NCBI RefSeq assembly: GCF_964355755.1
Contig: NC_092678.1
Coordinates: 9,254,422 to 9,318,421, forward strand
DNA: 64,000 nucleotides
Direction of reading: 5' to 3'
Source of the DNA: Antedon mediterranea
Lineage: Eukaryota; Animalia; Echinodermata
Below the pieces are notes generated by a model that had not been told where the DNA came from, ran no database searches, and worked only from the letters and a program-made list of their open reading frames with translations. This document shows positions 53,978-64,000 of the stretch, piece by piece. Every line of letters begins with the position of its first letter. Positions within the stretch are counted from its first letter, which is position 1. Position numbers and translations under genes: made by a program.

Positions 53978-55599
53978 AATTACTGTATAACACATATTAT
54001 TTGGAGGGTATCTTACAGATTCATTTTGCCCATGACTGGTTTTCATTTATATGCTCGTCTGATACATTGCCATCTAACACAATTATAAACCAGCTTGGCT
54101 TGATGTAGATGACCGTATAACAGAGAATAAAAGAATGCAATTAATTTGAATGTAAAGAAAAAAATCTGTATTCAAATAGTGCTATTTTCCCGGATCATGC
54201 TCTAGAACAGAAGGAAAACAGTTAAAATGGGTTGGTGGTCTTGTTAGTATTACTCAAGATGAGGAAATCGAACTGGATATCCCATCAACACAAAACACAA
54301 AATTTTCCTTCACGATTCCATTCAAATACACCCATAACAAAATCAACACTTTTTTTTAACATTGTCTTTTAATATTGTCATAATAATTTCAAAAGAATTC
54401 AAGAAATATATCTTACACAGAGATGATAAAAAAGTTTTTGAGCAAAGTCTGGTTGTGGACTGCCTGAAAAGAAAATGAAATTAAAACCATTTAGTAGCTT
54501 GAAGCAGATAAAATCATAAAATGCTGTAAACATCAAAAACCTCTTAGTCACTTCTAACAATCTCACTCCTTAAATTGGTTCCTTGGATTGGCAATATGAC
54601 TACAAAATGGCAGTCAATGTTAGTATTGGAGGATTGCTTCTCATATCTCGAAACATCCAAGAAGCAAAACCAAGGAACGTCTAACCAAGTAACTGAACAA
54701 AGCACTCAAATTGTCATCTATGACCACCTAATATGTATGGCTGGCAGCCTATCAATGTAAACCTTTATTAGTCCAGTCCCTAAGGGGAAATGATGTTACC
54801 ATAGTGGATACAAGTGTGCCCTTTGGCATGTTGATAGAACATGATATGGAGATACCAAAACAAAGTTACTGGAAATCTGATTTGACCTCTGTGACCTCTG
54901 ACCTCAATTTTTATATTTCTATCTTAAACAGCCATATCTCCGCAACGGGTTTGACAATTGAAATGATATTGGTGTCAAATAGATCAGAGGGTACATGTTT
55001 ATATTCGCTCTAATAGAACTTTTTTCAAAAAAACAACCGGAAATGTAATTTCTCAATGTTTTGACCTTTGACCTCGGCTTACTATATCTCAATAACTACT
55101 GGTCAAAATTTCTTGAAATTTGTTTCAAATTGTTAAGAGCATACATATTTATATATACTCTAATTAAACATGTTCTTCCAAATCCACAGGAAATGTAATT
55201 TACTGACCTTTGACCTTTAATGTTTAAATATGTCTGTATCTCTGTAACCAAATGTCATAAAAAGTTCAACTTGGTGTCAAAATGTTCAAAATGTAAACAT
55301 TTATATTAGCTCTAATAGAAGATGTTATCATATTTTTACTGGAAATGCCAGTTTGAGGTATGACCAGGATATACTGTTAAGCGTGCGTGTGTCATACTTA
55401 TAATAATATACCTAAAATATAGATTTAATGGACTACATTCAATATCCTATTTAGCCTTTTACAATTTTCTTAAAACTTAATGTTTAATTTAATTTCAATA
55501 TATATTTCCATCGCATGGTAGGCCTACACCGTAAGAGCAACACTTAATATCAACAAAAAATTAGATAAACTTAAAAGTTAAATAACAATAAAAAAAAAA

Positions 55600-56900
55600 A
55601 TGAAAATAAGGATCTTAAAGAAAGAAAAGAAGAATTAACCAATGCGATTTGATACTCATAAAACATATGACCTAATTATCAATTAATTGCTTGAAGTATG
55701 CTGAAAAAATAAAATGTTTGAAACAGTGAGGAAAAAGCGAAGAAAAGAAAAACATATGTTTAAAATATTAGAAATCTGAAAAGGATCAAAGACAAATTAA
55801 TTACAAAGCTGATTCTTTTCAAGAACATTTGTAGTGGAATATAAAAGGAAAACAAACCAGTGAGCAGTCAAAATTACCATCTTGGCTTAATGAGGCAATA
55901 ACACATCCAGCTCATAACACTAACAAAATATTTGAAACCAGAAGAAATTAAGAGAAGCAATGATAATTATACTTTAATCCACAAAAACATGACAAAACTG
56001 ATATCAACCATTACCGACCAAACGAACATTATCACATGTACACAAATAATTTACAAAAGTAATCAAAAAACAAAATCAGAGACCGACTAGAAGTAAATAA
56101 ACCAATATATAAGGCTTTATACAGTAGGACCATCTTATACAGTTTGTCAATCAACTAAAATAAAAAGGAAATGAATATCACCAAATCTTTGATTTAGAGA
56201 TTATCAGAAAGCATTTGACTCAATAAAACAGGCATTACCATATTAGAGGGAAATATTATACCTCAACAAATATTGATTACGATCGTTCAAAGAGAAGTTA
56301 AGGAAGATTAGTAAGACAAGGCGACACTTAAGATCTTCACTGCATTGGAAGAGGTGTTTAATCAAAGAGCTAATTTAAAAAATAGAGTAAATATCACTTT
56401 AAAGACAAAATAAACAGTTAATTTAACCAAAATCACAATAGTGGCATTCACATCGCACTATGGCTAGTTAATTTAAGTAGATTATCTACATGATCTCGCC
56501 ATAATTTGGATGTGAACGCTCAATTATGTCCGGATGATGTTTTTTTTCTGGACAATTATTGCTGCTTGGATTTAGAAGTAAATCCAAGGATAGCCAGTTA
56601 TTTTATGAGGGTAATCCAATTAACAACCCAGCGGGTGGCCTTTAGCCTCATTTGCACCAATGAAATTGAAGAATTTTTTAACCCATTTCATTTTCATATT
56701 TAACATTTGAATTGCAAAGAATATGGTCATTCTTCATTGTGTACCCCATAAAATGTCCTAAAAAATTAAATGAACTATGTCTGACGAGGACAGAGGTCTA
56801 ATAGATATTAGAATGGTAGGCCTAAAATATTTACTATACTGAAAAATAGAATACAAAATTTAACACAGAAAGTAAAATGACCAATTGTTTGTAATCAGAA
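55600..56900 (+). mobile_element. Very degraded RTE-like LINE remnant
   Basis: NHYRP, DYQKAFDSI, VRQGD remnants. Confidence 0.55.
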
Positions 56901-57476
56901 GTTAAAAGTAAACAACATACGGGATAAATAAAAGAAATAGATGATTTTTTTTTACATAAAATAGCATTTAAAATCTCCAATACCAGGATTTTATGAAATA
57001 TAATTAACTAGACATAATTGTACCAAAGAACGGGATTTGTCAAGGTTAGTCCAGTTAGTAGAAAATTGTTAAATCCACTTCTTCTAGACATAGTTCCATG
57101 TGAACCCCACTATTGACTTCCAGCCTATTTTTTGCTTTGAATTACAGTTTTTTGGGGTATGCACTATATCATTTTTTTTCAATCCAATTTTTGGTGAAAC
57201 TATTATGTGTGACATTAAAATTGCATATTCAACAAAAATATTTGTCAAAATTACTTTTGTCAGGGGGCAAATAAGTATCTTTAATAGCATGTGATATTAT
57301 TAGCAAATATTTCAAATGTAGTTTTAAAACTTTCCCATTACAAACAATTGCCATAATTCTGATAACATTACAATACACCCATCCTCTGGGACTTATTTTC
57401 AAATGTAGCTAAAAACTTTCCAGTACAATTCCGGTCATTTTGATGTGTATAGATGCATGCAGTAGCATTGGAAAAG

Positions 57477-57733
57477 CGAGAGAGGGGGAGGTGGTTGGGG
57501 TGATGGAGAGACATATTTTTTACATGTTTGTCTACACTATAAACTAGTTTAACAAAAAAGGTGTGATGTGCCCAAATATGGTAGTGATATGTCATTCATC
57601 GTGTCCATATATGGGCACATCACATTTTTTTGTCGCATAAAAATGTTATAGTGTAGACAGAGTTTAACATTTGTGTAACATGTAACAAAAATATGTGTCT
57701 CTCCATCCACCCCAACCCCCTCCCCTCTCTCGA
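57477..57733. repeat. ~255-bp imperfect palindrome (MITE-like hairpin)
   Basis: gagagagggggagg..ggagagaca / tgtctctcc..ccctcccctctctc; gtctacactat / atagtgtagac; gtgatgtgccca / tgggcacatcac. Confidence 0.8.
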
Positions 57734-57985
57734 TCTCTTTTTATAGATTATTAATTGCTAAATATATGCAAAACGATGGGTCATAGCTCAAAATGACATT
57801 TCCAATTGAATTCTGACAAAATATTTTGTTACAGCAAATATAAATGTGTATATTATAAACAATTTGACACCAAACTGAACTTTTTAGGACAAATAGTTAC
57901 CGAGATATTGACATATTCAAACATTAGAGGTCAAGGGTCAAAAAAGCTTAATTTATGGTAATTTTTTGAAAAAAGTTTCTATTAG

Positions 57986-58419
57986 TGTGATAATAACTCA
58001 TGCTAAAGAGGTTATTATCCAGTAACCTTTAGTTACTCCTCTTACAGTTACACATATCATATGGTACCATGTGGCCTAGAAAAAAGCCCCAGACAAAGTT
58101 AACGGTAATTTTGTCTCAATTTTTGAAAAAGGCTAACTTATCAAACTACTTGGAATATTGTTGGCCAATCAGAAGTCAGAGTGGGGTTTTTAAATAGTTA
58201 AGATGATATGTTTTAAGTTTAGTTTTAGTTTTGGCATGAAGGTGAACAGACACAGGCCAGCAAGAGCGCCTGTTCATTAAAGAAATATACTTTTACTTTA
58301 ACTTTACTGCATTTTTGATGTTCATCTTTGTCTGATAACTTTAAATATTAAACCGCTCGGACGTTTCTCCTATATGACTATATAAGCAAACCGCTCGGAC
58401 TCATGCGAAGCCCGTAACA
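57986..58419 (+). mobile_element. 5' LTR of the Gmr1-type element
   Basis: TGTGAT...GTAACA directly followed by a PBS; the start interrupts a repeat (aaagtttctattag|tg) that continues uninterrupted in the inverted copy near 55010; 3' LTR not in the window. Confidence 0.75.
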
Positions 58420-58433
58420 TGGTGGCAGCGGTG
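58420..58433 (+). promoter_or_regulatory. Primer binding site complementary to the tRNA-Leu 3' end
   Basis: TGGTGGCAGCGGTG is the reverse complement of ...CACCGCUGCCA-CCA of metazoan tRNA-Leu(AAG/UAG). Confidence 0.85.
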
Positions 58434-58753
58434 CTGGAAACGTTTTTAACCCGTTACTATTAACATTAGACGAACTGTGCTGTGGTGGACCACTTCACAA
58501 ATTTTTTTATGGATTTGCTTGACTTGAATTTTGATCTGAAACAAGACTTTACCAACATTGTGGATGACATTGTTTTCATGCCAGAAACACAAAGGGAAGG
58601 AAAACTTTCTGTCAATATCATCAATGAGTTCCAAGTCAAAGGTACATTTTTCATTTTGTGGTAAAAGTTTGTGATGCACTATAGTTTAAGTTTTGTTATA
58701 TATATCTTACTAAGTCTTAAGTCATAGTCATTATATATTGTATAAGTACATTA

Positions 58754-61700
58754 ATGCCTAAACATAAGTCAAGTAGGATCTTAAGATCTCAACAAAGTTC
58801 CATAATGAATACCGATGAAGCACAAACTTCTCAGGCTGCTTCTCAAAATAGTACTGTTGTACCAGCTATACCTGAAACCACTCAAAATACTGGTAACGAG
58901 ACCGACATTCCGGATATGGTACTTGATAAAATTTCTGTAGAAATTGGGGGTCAAATGATTTTGATGCACATGCATGATTGGTTGGCCTATCAAAAAATCG
59001 AAATGGAAAAAGAAAAGTTAGAATTAGAACGGAAAAAGATTGAATATGATAGAGAGATTGCAAATAAGACATTAGCACGAGACGAAAATGTTGAAACTAT
59101 AAGAGCTCAAATACAACGAGAGAGTAATGATGGTCATAGCACCACAAGTTCATATGCCTCCACAAAAATAGATCGATATAAACAAAAACTAACTAATAAT
59201 ATCGATGCTGACGCTTATTTTACGGCATTCGAAAGTTATGCTAAAAGGGAACAATGGGAGGAATCCACTTGGGTTCGACGCATCTCCCAATGCATTGAGG
59301 GAAAGGCTCGAGACGCCATGAATACCATCATGGACGAAAATTTTGATTACGAAACCCTAAAATGTACGATACTGGAAGTGTTTCAACTGACCCCAGAACA
59401 TTACAGACAAAAATTTAGGAACTTAAAGCGAAATGACAATGAAAGCATACGTTCCTACATTACAAAGGTTGGGCATAATTTTGATTGTTGGGTGAGATAC
59501 TCTGGCATTGCGGCTGATGATGCGGCAGGTATTTCGCAATTAATAATACGCGAACAGGTTTTAGAGAACATTCCCAATGATATGCGCCAGCATTTACTTC
59601 AAAAGAAAGTATTAAATACAGCTGACTTTGCCAGAGAGGCGGAGGAGTATGCCAGCATAATACCTAATTATTGGCAACGCCATAAGCTAAATAATAAGCA
59701 AATAGGCACAAATAGTCATTACAGACCGCAGCCCTACAATAGCAAACCACCAAGGTTTGACAGACCGACTTACAACAGGCCAAGGTTTAACCCGCCTCCT
59801 TCTGCACCAAATCACAGTGCATTTAACAGGCCGGCTACAAATCCACAAAATCAGCATCAATTCAGACCAAACTTTAATGCTAGCTATCAGCAAGATCTGA
59901 ATTCATTAAACAGGTCATTTATTCCTCAACAACCTCCCCGATTTAGCAACACACAAGGTCGGCAAAATCAAAATCAAAGACAAAAAAATCAACGACCGCA
60001 CGATTCCTTAAAGTGCATCACGGTGCATAGTGGCTCATCAAAGACTGAGCCTTTGAACAAAGCTTTCTTAATTAATGGTATACTTGAGGGTAAAGCCATA
60101 ACATTTTTGAGAGACACAGGATCGTCAATTACATTGATTGATAAACAGTTTATTCCCCAAAAGAGTCTCACAGGTTCGTATACCTTAGTCCGAGGCATAG
60201 GCCGCACTAACATAGAAATTCCTACCGCTGAGGTACATATTACCACAGAAAAAATACCTACTACCAAAGTTATCGTTGGTGTAATAGAAGGCCTTGGTAG
60301 TGATGGTCTATTGGGCAATGATCTAGACCCAGAAAATAAATGGGACAAACCAAAAGATGTACTAGTAGTTACTAGAGCACAAACTCGTGTATTGCCCGAA
60401 ATAAAAGCTCAGGATTGTATTAGACAATATCTTGAACAAAATCAAACAACATCAGAAAATGTGGCACTTAATTTCAAAGAATCTCTTGATTACAATTTGC
60501 CAAACACACCAGAGGCAAAATCCTTGTTGCACAGCGACATTAAAGACTTGATAAAACTACAAGAAAAAGATGAAACATTGAAATTCATTCGAAGTGAGGT
60601 AAAAGATAAATCATGCACAAAAGATCAAGATGTCTGTTTTTATAAAGAAAATGGGATTATAATGAGAAAATGCCAACCACAGACACGTTTCCGCAAACAA
60701 ATCGATGACCAAATAGTTGTACCACAGGAGTACAGAGAACACATTATAAATATAGCTCATGACAAAACTGGACATCTAGGTGTCCAAAAGACACAGGATA
60801 GGATAACCCAACATTTTTATTGGCCTGGAATAAACCATCAAGTTAGAGAACATTGTAAAACATGTCCTCAATGTCAGTATTTGACAAAAACAAAGAAACA
60901 AAAACAACTATTGCGACCATTACCAATCATTGATATTCCGTTTAAAAGAATTGGAATAGATATTGCAGGTCCATTTTGTGTTACAGAGGATGGAAATAGA
61001 TATCTTTTAGTATTGTGCGACTATGCAACCAGATATCCAGAAGCCATTGCAATACCCGATCAAACCGCGGTAACTGTAGCACAGAGTTTAATCACTGTAT
61101 TTTCGAGAGTGGGTTTACCTAGTCAAATTATTCATGACCAAGGTACCAACTTCATGTCTCAAATTATCGTAGAACTATGCAAAAAATTGGGAATTGAGAA
61201 AATTCCTACTACGCCTTATCACCAACAGACTAACGGACTTACGGAGCGTTTTATAGGTACACTGAAACTTATGATAAATTCGCTGTCTCATGTCCAACGA
61301 GAAAACTGGGATAGGTATATTCCATTGCTGTTATTCTCTTATAGAGAAGTACCGTGTGAATTCACAGGATATTCACCATTTCACTTACTATATGGTAGAC
61401 AAATAAGGGGTCCCTTAAGCTTAATTAAGCAAGGATTCCTTGGCGAGAACACTCAAACAGACATACCTTCACACTTGTTAGGGATAGCTCACAACTTAAC
61501 TAAATGGATGGCTAGTGCAAATCACACTAAACAGAAAAAGCAACAGAAAATGAAATCTTATTACGACAGAACTGCAAAAGATATACACTATAAAGTCGGT
61601 GAAGAGGTCTTAATTTTCCTCCCAGAAGGCGCGGGAAAGTTGGACTCGAAATGGCAAGGTCCATATAAAATCACTAAAAAGGTTGGTGAGGTGGATTATG

Positions 61701-63331
61701 AAATACATATGCCTGATAAACGTAAATCTCATAGAATTATACATGCTAACTTAATCAAAAAATGGTACACACAAGAAGACGCTCGGCAAATATCTCAATG
61801 TTACTGTGTAACTGGGGTAATTCAAGAAATAGGCAATGAATCACTTGTTCAGCCTGTTGATTATGATCTTGAAACACAATTTCTTGATGACAGTATAGGT
61901 CCATCCTATAAACAAACACAAACATGGAAAGATGTAAAAATTGCAGACTCCATTTCTACAAAACAAAAACGGGAACTAACCAATACACTTAAGAAACATA
62001 CTAAGGCATTTTCTGATGTGCCTGGAAAAACTAATGTACTTACACATACAGTAAAAACTACTCATGAAACACCAATCAGACAACGTGCTTACAGGACACC
62101 ACATTCAATGATGACAAAAGTCAAAGAAGAGGTGGACAGTATGTTGAGTCTAGGGGTCATTGAGAGGTCAACTAGTGCATATGCATCTCCTATTGTCGTT
62201 GTACCAAAACCTAACGGTGATATTCGCGTGTGCACTGATTACCGTGCATTGAACAAGATAACTGAATTTGATCCTTATCCTATTCCTAGGATAGATCAGA
62301 TACTTGATGAAGTAGCTAAAGCTAAATATATCTCAACCCTAGATTTGACTAAGGGATTTTATCAGGTACCTCTAGATCCGCAAGCTAAAGCAAAATCAGC
62401 ATTTGTGACACCTTTTGGGCAGTTTGCATATAGGGTCATGCCGTTCGGTATGATGAATTCTAGTGCGACATTTCAAAAGCTAGTTGATACTGTGTTGATG
62501 GGATGTTCCGCATTTTGCAGACAATATATTGACGATATTGCGATTTTCTCTAATACGTGGCAAGATCATTTAAATCATTTAGATATTGTATTAAGTAAAA
62601 TTTCAGAAGCTGGTCTTACTATTAAGCCATCTAAATCGAAATTTGCTAACAGCACTGTAAACTACCTTGGACATACCATAGGGGATGGCCAAATAAAGCC
62701 TATGTTAAATAAGATAGAGTCGGTAGAGAAATTCCCTACCCCTCAAACTAAGAAGAATGTCAGGTCATTTTTGGGATTGACAGGGTATTATAGGAAGTTT
62801 ATTCTACACTATGATGACATAGCAAGACCCTTGATAAACTTGACTAAAAAAGCCGAACCTAAGAGAGTAAATTGGACGCCTGAGTGTGATAAAGCATTCA
62901 CAGATTTAAAATCTCAGCTTATTGCTCACCCCATTTTAAGAGCACCAAGCTTTGATAAACCATTTTTACTACAAACTGATGCATCGAAAACAGGAATTGG
63001 AGCTGTTTTAAGCCAGTTAGATACTGATTGTAATGAACATCCTATTGTTTACCTTAGTAGAAGGATGTTGCCCAATGAGTTAAATTATTCAGTTGCTGAA
63101 CAAGAATGTTTAGCTATAGTATGGTCAATTAACAAGTTACGATATTACTTACAAGGGCACAAATTTACAGTTATAACTGACCACAAGGCGTTGAAATGGC
63201 TTGACAATACCCGCCATTCAAATAATAGACTAATGAGATGGTCAATGACTCTACAACAATTTACTTTTGATATACAATACCGCAAAGGTATAACAAACAC
63301 CAATGCTGACAGTTTGTCACGTCGATGTTAG
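58754..63331 (+). CDS. Gag-Pol polyprotein of a Gmr1-type Ty3/Gypsy LTR retrotransposon (Gag/SCAN-like - PR - IN - RT - RNase H)
   Basis: Uninterrupted 1525 aa ORF: PR LRDTGS (~60110); IN HHCC (HDKTGH..CKTCPQC), IDIAGP, HDQGTNF, GLTERF, WQGPY (~60750-61750); RT VCTDYR, LDLTKGFYQ, YIDD (~62200-62750); RH QTDAS, EQE, TDH, ADSLSR. Confidence 0.97.
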   Translation: MPKHKSSRILRSQQSSIMNTDEAQTSQAASQNSTVVPAIPETTQNTGNETDIPDMVLDKISVEIGGQMILMHMHDWLAYQKIEMEKEKLELERKKIEYDREIANKTLARDENVETIRAQIQRESNDGHSTTSSYASTKIDRYKQKLTNNIDADAYFTAFESYAKREQWEESTWVRRISQCIEGKARDAMNTIMDENFDYETLKCTILEVFQLTPEHYRQKFRNLKRNDNESIRSYITKVGHNFDCWVRYSGIAADDAAGISQLIIREQVLENIPNDMRQHLLQKKVLNTADFAREAEEYASIIPNYWQRHKLNNKQIGTNSHYRPQPYNSKPPRFDRPTYNRPRFNPPPSAPNHSAFNRPATNPQNQHQFRPNFNASYQQDLNSLNRSFIPQQPPRFSNTQGRQNQNQRQKNQRPHDSLKCITVHSGSSKTEPLNKAFLINGILEGKAITFLRDTGSSITLIDKQFIPQKSLTGSYTLVRGIGRTNIEIPTAEVHITTEKIPTTKVIVGVIEGLGSDGLLGNDLDPENKWDKPKDVLVVTRAQTRVLPEIKAQDCIRQYLEQNQTTSENVALNFKESLDYNLPNTPEAKSLLHSDIKDLIKLQEKDETLKFIRSEVKDKSCTKDQDVCFYKENGIIMRKCQPQTRFRKQIDDQIVVPQEYREHIINIAHDKTGHLGVQKTQDRITQHFYWPGINHQVREHCKTCPQCQYLTKTKKQKQLLRPLPIIDIPFKRIGIDIAGPFCVTEDGNRYLLVLCDYATRYPEAIAIPDQTAVTVAQSLITVFSRVGLPSQIIHDQGTNFMSQIIVELCKKLGIEKIPTTPYHQQTNGLTERFIGTLKLMINSLSHVQRENWDRYIPLLLFSYREVPCEFTGYSPFHLLYGRQIRGPLSLIKQGFLGENTQTDIPSHLLGIAHNLTKWMASANHTKQKKQQKMKSYYDRTAKDIHYKVGEEVLIFLPEGAGKLDSKWQGPYKITKKVGEVDYEIHMPDKRKSHRIIHANLIKKWYTQEDARQISQCYCVTGVIQEIGNESLVQPVDYDLETQFLDDSIGPSYKQTQTWKDVKIADSISTKQKRELTNTLKKHTKAFSDVPGKTNVLTHTVKTTHETPIRQRAYRTPHSMMTKVKEEVDSMLSLGVIERSTSAYASPIVVVPKPNGDIRVCTDYRALNKITEFDPYPIPRIDQILDEVAKAKYISTLDLTKGFYQVPLDPQAKAKSAFVTPFGQFAYRVMPFGMMNSSATFQKLVDTVLMGCSAFCRQYIDDIAIFSNTWQDHLNHLDIVLSKISEAGLTIKPSKSKFANSTVNYLGHTIGDGQIKPMLNKIESVEKFPTPQTKKNVRSFLGLTGYYRKFILHYDDIARPLINLTKKAEPKRVNWTPECDKAFTDLKSQLIAHPILRAPSFDKPFLLQTDASKTGIGAVLSQLDTDCNEHPIVYLSRRMLPNELNYSVAEQECLAIVWSINKLRYYLQGHKFTVITDHKALKWLDNTRHSNNRLMRWSMTLQQFTFDIQYRKGITNTNADSLSRRC

Positions 63332-64000
63332 TAATTCAGGGAACATACGGTACATCGCATTATTTTAATTTATAGTTAAGTGAGTACACAAGCTTCATCA
63401 GACCAAAATGTGTATGTTATAAGGATTATCACAAATAATCCCACTTTATATAGTAAAATTAAGTATTAAGATACAAACGAAATGATTCTCACAAAGAATC
63501 TATATATATTGTGACCATTATAAAAATTGTGTAAAATTGGTTAAAAAAAAAAAAAAAAAAAAAAATTATAATATCTGTATTGTCAGTAAAGATTATATTT
63601 AGCATCACCAACTAACAATTGGCCAGAGCACTTCACAATATTGAAGGTTATATGTACTACCAACTTACACTTGGTATTAGACACTTTACTGTATTGTAGT
63701 ACAGCTTTATTATGATATTATATTATTTAAGATGTAGAATTAAGCATAAAGTGCATCTCGAACTGTTGCCATAAAATGTTATGAATGTGACCATTAACCC
63801 CATCATCTTCTTTTATACAAACTTTGAACACTGTGACATGTTTATGAACTCTTACATTTATGATTGACAGCAGTGCAACAGTGAAATGAGGAGCATTGAA
63901 GAAAAACTTTTATGTAATTAATTTGATTGATATTTTACTTTTGACAGCGTGATTTTTGCAGAACTGCAGAACACTTTATGATTTTGAAGTTAAATTTAAC

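Noticed and set aside
58781-60348. Antisense ORFs overlapping gag-pol
   Set aside because: Short shadow ORFs of a long coding strand with no recognisable motifs
50664-64000. Further EDEM1 exons and the Gypsy 3' LTR
   Set aside because: No AT..P.YL or DRMESFFLSET segment and no second copy of the LTR recognised; probably downstream of the window

Overview
AT-rich eukaryotic genomic DNA, most consistent with a marine invertebrate (inferred from the TE repertoire). The only host gene is a spliced EDEM1 orthologue (GH47 ER-degradation alpha-mannosidase) on the + strand. Eight GT-AG exons between 13674 and 50663 splice into one open frame; the first and last exons were not found in the window. 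Almost everything else is intronic TE sequence: Penelope-like fragments carrying variant hammerhead-like motifs, hAT/Tigger/Harbinger-type MITEs, two Academ remnants, a piggyBac remnant, several LINE fragments (one with a 2A-like GDVHPNPGP peptide), a tRNA-derived SINE, solo LTRs, a self-nested Helitron cluster whose terminal hairpin occurs in two flipped orientations, and an apparently intact Gmr1-type Ty3/Gypsy element (Gag-PR-IN-RT-RH) with 5' LTR and tRNA-Leu PBS. Boundaries of degraded repeats are approximate and were read by eye; family assignments come from motif recall, not database searches.
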